From a virus: 64,000 nt of DNA. Below are positions 27,992 to 36,429 of this stretch, in pieces. The stretch spans positions 40,423 through 104,422 of the IMG/VR virus record IMGVR_UViG_3300011271_000002; one strand, 5' to 3'. The notes below the pieces were generated by a model. The model had not been told where the DNA came from, did no database searches, and saw nothing but the letters and a program-made list of their open reading frames with translations. A program made the position numbers and the translations under genes. How positions within the stretch are numbered: position 1 is the stretch's first letter; each line of letters starts with the position of its first letter.

Positions 27992-29424
27992 GGCTTGGTC
28001 CGATCCAGCACCATTTGCGCAGACTCGTTCTGACTCGCCCGCAGATCCTCAACGCTACCAATCTCCCTGGTGCGCAACGGGCCCAGCGCCACTTCGGTCA
28101 TTATGCACTGCATGCCGCTCTCCAACAGTCGCGCAACGAGCCGCTCCTGATGTTCCGGGTCAAGCGCCTGAATCCCATCGACGCAGATGAATCCGAGCTT
28201 GCCAGCCCGCTGCTCGGCGAGGCGCACGGATAGATCGATTCGCTCGGCTTCGTTTAGCCGCTGGAACGGCACGCCCTTAACGAATATCTCGCCGTCGATG
28301 ACCTCGGTTTCCGGAAGTGGATTTTGCTTCAGAAGTTCAGAGCGTCGTGCGGCGATGGCTTCGAGGCGCGCGGAATACTGCGCGGAGATCGCCTCGGCAG
28401 TCTCGGCCTGTTGTTTGAACTTCTCCTGTGCTTGGCGGGATTGTTCGACTGCGCCCCAGTCGGCGAGGGAACGCTCGGCGGCCTCAAGCGATACCCTCGC
28501 TTCGTCGATTGGCTTTTGGAAATCTGTGGCGATTTGTCCTAGGGCTAATTCTTTTGCATGCCCGATGTTTTGCGACGCTTCGTTGAAAATGTTGCTGGCC
28601 GCCAACAACGCCTCTCGATAAACGCGCTCTGCTTCCGCGCAACTGGCGATCTTGACTTCTTCCGCTGATCGAAGCGCGGTTATTGCCTCTCGTCGCGCTT
28701 CATCCATTGCCTCGGTCGCCTTTTGGCGAATCTCTGTCAGGGTCTGACGCCGATTCTCCACTTCCGCCTGCGACACGCCCACAACCGTCAACTTCGGCGC
28801 CGTCTCAGCCAGCGTCTTCATGGTGGCGCGGTATTCTTTGGCCTTCACGTTCTGTTGCTTGCGGAATTCGGTAAGGAATCCATCAGCCTTGCGAAGCGCT
28901 TCCAGTGGATGCTGTTTCATGAGCGTCGCCACATCTGTCGGGGACAGCCCGGAGTCGGCGACCAGATCCTCGGCCGAAAGTTTCAGCGGCATCGATTCAA
29001 GGAGCCAACGCGCCCGCTCCTTGGGGTCCGTGACGGCCAGAAACTCCAGCGGGTTCGCCAGCCGCAGATCGAGAAGATCGTTCAGCCAAGCGGCGCTGGC
29101 CCCGATAACGCCGAATTTTGGGACGCGCACCTTGCGATTGATCTTGCCTGGCCGAATATCCGCATCAAGCTCGCCATGCGGCTCGTCAGGCGTCCGGTCA
29201 TCACTGAAGACGATGAGTACATTGGCCTTCTCGGCGCTAGTCCGGATGAGGGTAGCGTCGGCCACCACTCCTGGGCCACCCAATGCGGACCTGATGGCGG
29301 TTGCCAGGGAACTTTTGCCCGAAGCGTTCCTGCCCTTGACCAAAGTGATTTTCTTGCCCGGCTCCAGGGAGTATTCCTCGAGGCCCAAGGCGTTGATTGT
29401 GGTTATCTTGCTGATGTATAACAT
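27988..29424 (-). CDS. Rad50/SMC-like ATPase with coiled coil
   Basis: Walker A GRNASGKSS, long coiled coil, LNEAER signature-like segment, FICVDG Walker B. Confidence 0.85.
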   Translation of the reverse strand: MLYISKITTINALGLEEYSLEPGKKITLVKGRNASGKSSLATAIRSALGGPGVVADATLIRTSAEKANVLIVFSDDRTPDEPHGELDADIRPGKINRKVRVPKFGVIGASAAWLNDLLDLRLANPLEFLAVTDPKERARWLLESMPLKLSAEDLVADSGLSPTDVATLMKQHPLEALRKADGFLTEFRKQQNVKAKEYRATMKTLAETAPKLTVVGVSQAEVENRRQTLTEIRQKATEAMDEARREAITALRSAEEVKIASCAEAERVYREALLAASNIFNEASQNIGHAKELALGQIATDFQKPIDEARVSLEAAERSLADWGAVEQSRQAQEKFKQQAETAEAISAQYSARLEAIAARRSELLKQNPLPETEVIDGEIFVKGVPFQRLNEAERIDLSVRLAEQRAGKLGFICVDGIQALDPEHQERLVARLLESGMQCIMTEVALGPLRTREIGSVEDLRASQNESAQMVLDRTKP

Positions 29425-29429
29425 GCTTT

Positions 29430-29936
29430 TCACTCTTTCGGTACCAGTCGTAAACTCTTCTCGACAATTTCCTCGAAGCGCCCTTCCTGATGCAGCATAG
29501 CCTTCGATAGAGAGATCATCTTCACCATCAGATCCTCGAAGCTGAAGTATTCGACGCGCAAAATGCCGCAATCGAACGTGATACCGGTAAGCTCGTCGAA
29601 GTTCGGCACGGGCGGCAGTTTGAAACTGGCGTGCCGCGCCGGGCTGATGCTGGCTTCCATTGTCACTACCTTTGCTATTCCAGCCCGACGTCGGCGCTCC
29701 TTCTTGAAATCGCCAACCCTGCTCTCTACATACTTTAGAAGCATCGACGCCGGAATCTTCATATTGCGACCTACCGAGGCGGCACCAGCGATTTTCATTA
29801 CACGGATGGCTTCCGTTTTCCTCACGCTAAACAGATCCTCCACGTTTCTACGATTAAGAGATTGAGTTGGTTCCAAATTCGCCAGTCGCTCAATGATGGG
29901 TTCGGTATTCGCAAACCAATCTGGCTTTCGTGGCAT
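29430..29936 (-). CDS. Hypothetical protein with N-terminal HTH-like segment
   Basis: MPRKPDW...LNRRNVEDLFSVRKTEA. Confidence 0.65.
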   Translation of the reverse strand: MPRKPDWFANTEPIIERLANLEPTQSLNRRNVEDLFSVRKTEAIRVMKIAGAASVGRNMKIPASMLLKYVESRVGDFKKERRRRAGIAKVVTMEASISPARHASFKLPPVPNFDELTGITFDCGILRVEYFSFEDLMVKMISLSKAMLHQEGRFEEIVEKSLRLVPKE

Positions 29937-29939
29937 TAC

Positions 29940-30560
29940 TCAAGCCGCCCTGGTTTTGGCTCTGATCCTATCGAGAGTCTTTTCAAAAGCCTCAATTAGA
30001 TCTAGAAGTGTGTTGTACAGATCAGGCGAGGAGAAAAGTTCCAGTTCCGCCTGGACCTGTTCGCGGAGTTTCACTGATCTCGATTCTTCGATCATTCGCG
30101 ATCTCAAGGATTCGATCCGCAATCGGTCTTGATCGGATCGTTCCCATGCCCAATAAGCCCTGCCGTTTGGAGCGAAAATATGACAAGCGAGACAGAGTGT
30201 CCGGAGACATCCAGGACGATTATCTCGCCAACTATTCACATGATGCACCTGAAAGGAGTCCGGATGTAAATGCTTCAAATTCAGCGTTTGCGGACGAGCA
30301 CATTTTCGGCATTGATAACCATCGCGTGCCAGAATCAATGGGCGAAGTTTACCGAATTCCGATTGATGTAAGGATGCTTTGTCGCGAGGCTGCTTCTTCT
30401 CGTTTATATATCTGGCGAGACTGGGCTTACAGGATCGATTTCTCTTAAGTTGTTGAAACAACTTAGTTAGGCATGATTTGCGGAAGCGCAAAAAGTGCTT
30501 AACGTTTACGGTCGAGCGTCGGCATTGTTTAGGGTCGATCAAGCCGTCGGCGATGCTCAT
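29940..30560 (-). CDS. HNH endonuclease
   Basis: ILARDGYQCRKC, QVHH, NRPGCLRTLCLACH. Confidence 0.8.
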   Translation of the reverse strand: MSIADGLIDPKQCRRSTVNVKHFLRFRKSCLTKLFQQLKRNRSCKPSLARYINEKKQPRDKASLHQSEFGKLRPLILARDGYQCRKCARPQTLNLKHLHPDSFQVHHVNSWRDNRPGCLRTLCLACHIFAPNGRAYWAWERSDQDRLRIESLRSRMIEESRSVKLREQVQAELELFSSPDLYNTLLDLIEAFEKTLDRIRAKTRAA

Positions 30561-30891
30561 GAGTCTTCCTCCGCTTGAATCAGCAGGTCAACATTGGCGA
30601 TAAGGTTCTTCGCCGCCGAGCGCATCGCCTGTAAGTCACCATGCCTGTTTTTGGAAGCGATGATGCCTTTGAACAAATCCGCGATGATAAGCGAGTCCAT
30701 CCACGCCTGATCGAGTGCGTTTAAGGCATTGGGCTTGGGGGCCAACTGTACTTGATTCGGTACAGACTGTTCATTATGCTGAACAGCCGCGCTGTTAGCA
30801 TTGGACTTCTTGGCACGCGGTTTTTGCAGTAATTCATTATGCTGAATTGACTCGGGAGCGGTGGAGAAGCGAATAGAGCGTGAGCCGCCGG

Positions 30892-31263
30892 TCATGGTTT
30901 CGGATTCTCCGTCGGCGGCAAAACTACGAAAATAGTGCTCTCGTCTGGCATGGCCGCCCATGGCGTAGCTGGTGACAAAGGCACTCTCGCCAGCAATTCG
31001 ACGTGCAGGCGACGCATGGTATCGACCGCGTTCTGCATCAGTGCGAGCGCATCGGTGCAGAGTTCCAGAATTTTTCGGTTGCGCCTTTCAATGGCGCGAC
31101 TCGCTTCGTCGTGCTGGCCTTGCGAGTTCAATTGATGAACTTCCGCGACGTTGTCGGCGAACAGATGGATAAGGGTGATTGTCAGCGCACGTGCGTATTC
31201 ATTCGAGACTGGCTTGGCTGGAAGATCGCTCACGTTCGATTCACCCGCCAATAACATTACCAC
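30892..31263 (-). CDS. Hypothetical protein
   Basis: First ORF after the leftward promoter; start uncertain. Confidence 0.5.
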   Translation of the reverse strand: MVMLLAGESNVSDLPAKPVSNEYARALTITLIHLFADNVAEVHQLNSQGQHDEASRAIERRNRKILELCTDALALMQNAVDTMRRLHVELLARVPLSPATPWAAMPDESTIFVVLPPTENPKP

Positions 31264-31329
31264 ACAAGGCTTCTGTCGGCAATAGCTATTTTTTTTACGG
31301 TTGACAATTTCCAGACATCAGTTTAGCTT
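31254..31329. promoter_or_regulatory. Divergent sigma70-like promoters
   Basis: Minus strand TTGCCG-N17-TAATGT (31282-31254); plus strand TTGACA-N17-TAGCTT (31301-31329); AT-rich spacer. Confidence 0.55.
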
Positions 31330-31365
31330 CAAGAAGGAGCCAGGTTCCAGATCTGTTCACCCAAA

Positions 31366-31842
31366 TCAGATTATCTGACTTGGTTCTACCGGGCCCATCT
31401 TCGGCTGGGCCTGGTTCCCCGTTCTTCTCCTCGTGCTGCATCGACCCCGATGATACTGTTTTCGGCCGCAGGCGCATTTTCGCCCGCCGAAAAGATCTTC
31501 GAGCAGGCGATAGGCGTTTCTCGCGGTGTTCCGCCCTGCGCTGGCAGCCCGCGCTGCGCTTCTGATCGCCTCTCCCGCCAAGTAGCAGCTCTTGAAAATT
31601 CTCCACTGGTTAGCCAGTCGCATTCGCCTTTTGTGAAGCTTTGAGCCGGAAGGCGCGATAGCCGACGTAGAAAAGCGTTTACAAGCGTAGCACTGAAATC
31701 TCTGTGCGCCATTTCTCGCATGGCCGTATTTGCGAATGCGATGTCCAGCGAGCACGCAGGCGACAGGCGCACCTCGCGGAGCATCGCCGAGGCCAGCCGC
31801 GATCAGACTGTCTAGCTCGAGGAAAGCTGCCGAACGAGACAC
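31366..31842 (-). CDS. InsA-like zinc ribbon-HTH protein (no transposase catalytic domain)
   Basis: IRKYGHARNGAQRFQCYACKR, IRSAARAASAGRNTA, CACGRKQYHRGRC. Confidence 0.65.
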   Translation of the reverse strand: MSRSAAFLELDSLIAAGLGDAPRGAPVACVLAGHRIRKYGHARNGAQRFQCYACKRFSTSAIAPSGSKLHKRRMRLANQWRIFKSCYLAGEAIRSAARAASAGRNTARNAYRLLEDLFGGRKCACGRKQYHRGRCSTRRRTGNQAQPKMGPVEPSQII

Positions 31843-31846
31843 TAAC

Positions 31847-32560
31847 TCACCAGGTGCTTACGGCCACTCGCCGCCAGGTGCCAGTGTTGACGCATGAATA
31901 ATAGAAGGAGCTATCCACCGCGTATGAGCCTGATACGCACGCCGAGGCGGAGCTTGTCGGCACAGCCACTCTGATCCCGATCAAGGTCAGATCGGCCCCG
32001 AGAGTGGTGATGCCGCCGACGTCCGTCGTCGTCATGCCGGTGCCGGGTTGAATGGCCTTCGTTCCGATAAACGCGCGGAGATCGGTGCCTCCGTTTATAT
32101 CCCATGCGCCGTTCGTCGCCGTCCACTGAAAGAGCGGAACGGAATCGGGAGGGAACGAGTTTACGCCGAGAACGGAAGTGCAGCCCGCGCAGGCGATGGT
32201 CAAGTTATGCCCGACCGTCAGGTTTCCTTGCGGGGTTATGTAGAATAGTGCTGCGCCACTGCCGGCCGAGATCGTCGCTGTCGCGCTGGCGACCAGCGAG
32301 TAGACCAAGCTGCCGAAACGCACATTGCAGGGTGTGGGGATGGAACAGCGCGCGCCGATCGTGAGAATGTGCGGATCTTTGCCGACATCGAAATCCCCAA
32401 GCTGGCTCGCCATCGAAGCGCCGGCGCCGGAAATTGTCACGCTGGCTGGCGCGTTCTTGAGATCCTTAGCGCTGAATTGCGTCGGGCTCTGTGCGAAGGC
32501 CCCGGCGATCGCCAGTAGCAGAATCGAAAGCTTTAAGGATTGGTCTTGTAGTCGAAACAT
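31847..32560 (-). CDS. Signal-peptide protein with fibre-like C-terminal motif
   Basis: KLSILLLAIAGAFA/QSPTQ; C-terminal PTSSASACVSGSYAVDSSFYYSCVNTGTWRRVAVSTW. Confidence 0.75.
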   Translation of the reverse strand: MFRLQDQSLKLSILLLAIAGAFAQSPTQFSAKDLKNAPASVTISGAGASMASQLGDFDVGKDPHILTIGARCSIPTPCNVRFGSLVYSLVASATATISAGSGAALFYITPQGNLTVGHNLTIACAGCTSVLGVNSFPPDSVPLFQWTATNGAWDINGGTDLRAFIGTKAIQPGTGMTTTDVGGITTLGADLTLIGIRVAVPTSSASACVSGSYAVDSSFYYSCVNTGTWRRVAVSTW

Positions 32561-33279
32561 ATCCGGCCATCACCAGGTTGGAACCGTGCGGGGTTGATGA
32601 TCGTCACTGTCGTGCCCGTGAGTCCATAATCCTGCCCCGCTTCCCATTGCTGGCCATTCTCATGGACGTAGAGACTTCCGGAAACAAGAGAAGTTCCGGC
32701 CGCTAGTGCTAACGGATAAGAGCCACTGGCATTCGCCGCGTAGCACTCGCCGCGGACGGTCGATGGTGTAGCGGTCGGCGAGCTAGCCGGAAGCGCCTGC
32801 GGCTCCCAGCGGCCTGTGGTGGCGTTCCAAATGAGCGCCTGCCCTTCCTGTGGCGCATTCGGCGAAACAGGCTTGCCCTGAATCGCGAGCACGGCATTGA
32901 CACCCAGTGTGCCCTGCACGTCGCCGGTTAAGGCGAGCGCCTGCCAGAGCGCATTAACGCCATCGGTCAAGAGAGACTGCCCGACGTGTCCGGCCATCGG
33001 CGGCAGACCGGATCCTCCGGTCGGTGTCACGGTAAAGATTCCAGGTGTGCCGCCAAGCGCAGGCGCGGGCCCGGTCGGCGGCGTGAGCTTTGCGCCGACG
33101 AGAATCGCGCAGCCGCACTGATAGGCCATTCCGTTATTGACTGGCCAACAGGTAAACACCACAGGCTGTGGCGCGAGCGGCACGCAGGAGCCAGGCACGA
33201 TGTCTTTGATGTTGATTTGCGTGGGGGACTGAGCCTGGAGAGTCAAACAGAGCCATATCGAAATGAATGCTGATCTCAT
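32533..33279 (-). CDS. Signal-peptide protein with fibre-like segments
   Basis: MRSAFISIWLCLTLQA/QSPTQ; GQSLLTDGVNALW, GDVQG..V..IQGKPVS...GQALIWN. Confidence 0.75.
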   Translation of the reverse strand: MRSAFISIWLCLTLQAQSPTQINIKDIVPGSCVPLAPQPVVFTCWPVNNGMAYQCGCAILVGAKLTPPTGPAPALGGTPGIFTVTPTGGSGLPPMAGHVGQSLLTDGVNALWQALALTGDVQGTLGVNAVLAIQGKPVSPNAPQEGQALIWNATTGRWEPQALPASSPTATPSTVRGECYAANASGSYPLALAAGTSLVSGSLYVHENGQQWEAGQDYGLTGTTVTIINPARFQPGDGRICFDYKTNP

Positions 33280-33311
33280 GGAGCGCAGTCTAGCACGATC
33301 CGGCAATAACC

Positions 33312-34808
33312 TTAGTGTATCGCTCCTCCAGCCAACACGCTCTTGCTGGATAACTGTCCACCGCCCATCGGGCCGAACACCACCACGGTATTGGAAAACG
33401 TGCTCAGATAGACCTTGCCGTTCGCAACAGTGGGCGAGACATACTTGGCACAATTACCAACGGCGTCTCCAGCCTTGGCGGTTGAATCGTATAGTAGGGA
33501 CAGTGTCGTGCCATCGAAGGCCCGCAGCGCTCCGACCTGTGTAACGTCCAGATTGTATACTTGGCAGGAATTCACCCAAAGTATTCCATTGGAGGCTCCG
33601 TTTGAGCTGTAGGCCACTCCCGACATATAAGTCGGATACACATAGCTAGTAGCAGATGGAGTGGTCGTGAATGTCGTTCCGTTGTATGTGTTGCGTTGGA
33701 TTCCCGCTGGCAGAGCCGGATTGACATGCGAGTTATCAATAGTGTAGAGACCGTTGTTGGCAAAGGCTGAAGCGTCAAAAAGTTCTATCTGCCCTGCCCA
33801 ATCCTGCACCTGAGAACTTGGTGAGGCAGCAACCTGAGTATGTCCCATGTTGCTCTGGTCGGTTATCCACCAAACGCCGTTCTTGCCGCCGGACATCACG
33901 CGCGTGCCGACCAGGATTGGGCGTCCAGAACCTTGATCGGTATCGTTGGTATTGAGCGTGGCCCACCCGGAGTTGACGAGATAATCTTGGACAACCAGGG
34001 AAGAGTTTAGTTTGAGGATGCATTCACCGAAATTGTTGGTGCCGTCGAATGATCCGTTTCCAACTGTACAGTAGACATTTCCAGAACCATCGGCAGCCAT
34101 GCCTCCGCCCGCCTGCCAGATTCCGCCTCTTCCCCCGCTCGTGTTGACTGTGACAAACACGGCAGTTTGAGCAAGCGTCGTTGAATTGTAAGCAAATGCC
34201 CAGCCCTGCCATGTACCGCCGTCGTTGTAGCTGGCAAATCCGAAGTCCACCTTTCCACCGGATAACAGCAGGGCAGTCCTCGCCTGATGGCTGGTGGAAT
34301 CAAAGGTTAACCCTTGGGCGGTACCGGAAATAGTGACGGCGGCGTGGAATGTGGACCCATCGGAGATATTGAGCGCAAAAAGTTTCCACACATCGGTTGA
34401 GTTCACGCAGACTAGATAGATCACGCCAGCCGACGAATCGATGACTGGTGTGCTGGTGCAACCAACCTTGGCTGCCGAGAAGTTCGTATCCGTGGTGGTT
34501 TTCGGAGTGTCGAGATGTTGGCTCCAGATAGCTGATCCGCAGCCATCCGCATTAAAGGCGTAGACGGTATCGTTGTCGGTGGCCACAAAGATCCGATTCG
34601 GGCTCCCACTCATATATAGGACTTGTCCGTAAACCAAACCATCCACCGAGTACGAACATAGTTTGCCAAATGCCCCACTCACTTTGGCGGTAGTTAGTAT
34701 GGTCTCGGTTGTGGTCGCGTTTGTACGCGAATTGTCGTACTGACCGGTGAGTACATCGGCACACGCATGGCAGCCAAACAATAGAAAACTTACAAGCAAG
34801 GTCCTCAT
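33312..34808 (-). CDS. Secreted PQQ-like beta-propeller protein
   Basis: MRTLLVSFLLFGCHACA/DVLTGQYDNSRT; VYAFNAD..IW, TSTPVID, GGIWQAGGG, KYVSPTVANGKVY. Confidence 0.8.
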   Translation of the reverse strand: MRTLLVSFLLFGCHACADVLTGQYDNSRTNATTTETILTTAKVSGAFGKLCSYSVDGLVYGQVLYMSGSPNRIFVATDNDTVYAFNADGCGSAIWSQHLDTPKTTTDTNFSAAKVGCTSTPVIDSSAGVIYLVCVNSTDVWKLFALNISDGSTFHAAVTISGTAQGLTFDSTSHQARTALLLSGGKVDFGFASYNDGGTWQGWAFAYNSTTLAQTAVFVTVNTSGGRGGIWQAGGGMAADGSGNVYCTVGNGSFDGTNNFGECILKLNSSLVVQDYLVNSGWATLNTNDTDQGSGRPILVGTRVMSGGKNGVWWITDQSNMGHTQVAASPSSQVQDWAGQIELFDASAFANNGLYTIDNSHVNPALPAGIQRNTYNGTTFTTTPSATSYVYPTYMSGVAYSSNGASNGILWVNSCQVYNLDVTQVGALRAFDGTTLSLLYDSTAKAGDAVGNCAKYVSPTVANGKVYLSTFSNTVVVFGPMGGGQLSSKSVLAGGAIH

Positions 34809-35695
34809 GGATGTATCCATGCGATTCCTAAATTGTCGGCGTTGTTAGCAAATGCTCCAAGCGTGGCTGGTAGAGTCGTCCCGCTGATGGAATTTGCCAC
34901 TTTTCCAGCAACCCCAAAACTAGTATCTAACAGCAACTCGATGTTCCCCGTGGCATTCACCGCTCCGATAAGGCCTACGCCACTATCCGTGCAACCTATC
35001 GCAGAGTAGTAAAAGCCTGGGTTCAGAACAACCGTGGTGATCGTGGTGGTTTTGACCCCCGTGGCCGCACTGGAAATAGCCCCCGAGGTCAGAAGGAGGG
35101 TGTTGCCCGTATTGTCATATACACCGACCAAGCAATTACTTGCCGCAATGGCGGTCGTAACGAGGATGTCTATTTTGGTGACCGACAGGGTGAATGGAAG
35201 ATTAAATAGAGCGGCTTGAACGCTATTAGAGCCAGGGTTGTTCCAAGGCGTGCCGTTGATAGTGGCAATCGCTGGATTGCCGAACGGTAACAAAATACCG
35301 CAATTGCCGCTTGAGCAACTGAACCCGCCCGCCGCCGTAGTCTGCGGATTTTGCAATTCCCATTGCGTGCCAGTTGTGTTGTAGATCGCACAGGCTTGGG
35401 CAGTGGTGATAATGTCGTTAGCCACGAGAGCGCCGCCTGCCTTGACGATGGGGTGGGCTGTTAGGCCGTTGGGCGAGAAGCTCGGCGCGGCTGCGGTGTT
35501 GGCCGCTGTTGGCTTCCAGCAGACATGCAATCCGTCGTAGAGTCCGGTAATCGCTGGGGAGTAGGTGGCCGTCTGCGCCTGGGCTGTGCCGCCGCCAGCT
35601 ATCCAGTTATGAGCACCGTCCACCGTGCGGGATCCTTCCCTAGTCTGAGCAAGCGTTACTACCGAAACAACGAGGATGATTGCAACTTTTTTCAT
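34805..35695 (-). CDS. Signal-peptide protein with tail-fibre module
   Basis: MKKVAIILVVSVVTLA/Q; GGTAQAQTAT...KPTAANT...NGL...WELQNPQ. Confidence 0.8.
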   Translation of the reverse strand: MKKVAIILVVSVVTLAQTREGSRTVDGAHNWIAGGGTAQAQTATYSPAITGLYDGLHVCWKPTAANTAAAPSFSPNGLTAHPIVKAGGALVANDIITTAQACAIYNTTGTQWELQNPQTTAAGGFSCSSGNCGILLPFGNPAIATINGTPWNNPGSNSVQAALFNLPFTLSVTKIDILVTTAIAASNCLVGVYDNTGNTLLLTSGAISSAATGVKTTTITTVVLNPGFYYSAIGCTDSGVGLIGAVNATGNIELLLDTSFGVAGKVANSISGTTLPATLGAFANNADNLGIAWIHP

Positions 35696-35700
35696 AACGC

Positions 35701-36429
35701 TCAGTGAACCACAAAGACGCTTGGAGTGCTCACATAGCTCAGGGCCGACGTGTCCATTTCAACAGCGACAACGCCGAAAGCGCTCGCCGATGTTCCGCCC
35801 CAAGTAATTGTTGTGCCTGTGAACCCGCTATCACGAGTCTCATAGTCCGCTCCGGTGGAAGGCGTGTTGTATCCAGTGTCGGACTGCCGCGTCCAACTTG
35901 ACGTGACTGTAACGCCTCCTGTGTTGGTACCGTTGCCGACGCAACTGAGCGTTGGGTTTCCGGTGAGAGCCGAACCTGTAAAGGTAGTAGCGGGCGTGCC
36001 GGATGCAGCCTGGTTACTAGACACTTTGGATTGTTTAACGGCGCTGGAACCTTTTCGCGTCATGCCGCTTATGCGAGCCACCATTACGATCGCGCCGGTG
36101 GCGTTGCCGCCAGAAGTGTTGAACGTCACGGTCATTGAGGAATTCGCGGCGAGCGCGTTGGCCACAAAGACGTAGATCGTATCCGCGCTGCTGTTTTTTA
36201 ATGCAGTTGTGATCTGGGTGAAGCCTAGGGACTGGGAGTCGGTGAGACTGCCCGCAGTATTGCCGCTGGATATAACGCAGGCGTACAGGAGATCATTCGC
36301 GGCCGGCGTGAAGGAACCGCTCGCGTAGGTCGAAACGTTGGAAGTGCTGGCCGTAGAAACCCCAGCCGTCACCGCCGCTGCCGAGAGAGAAAGCGAGAGC
36401 GCGAGCAGTATCAACAAGCCGCGCCGCAT
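35701..36429 (-). CDS. Secreted Ser/Thr-rich beta protein
   Basis: MRRGLLILLALSLSLSA/A; SFTPAANDLL. Confidence 0.75.
   Translation of the reverse strand: MRRGLLILLALSLSLSAAAVTAGVSTASTSNVSTYASGSFTPAANDLLYACVISSGNTAGSLTDSQSLGFTQITTALKNSSADTIYVFVANALAANSSMTVTFNTSGGNATGAIVMVARISGMTRKGSSAVKQSKVSSNQAASGTPATTFTGSALTGNPTLSCVGNGTNTGGVTVTSSWTRQSDTGYNTPSTGADYETRDSGFTGTTITWGGTSASAFGVVAVEMDTSALSYVSTPSVFVVH

Noticed and set aside
31366-31842. IS1 insertion sequence
   Set aside because: No InsB/DDE frame, terminal inverted repeats or target duplication were seen.
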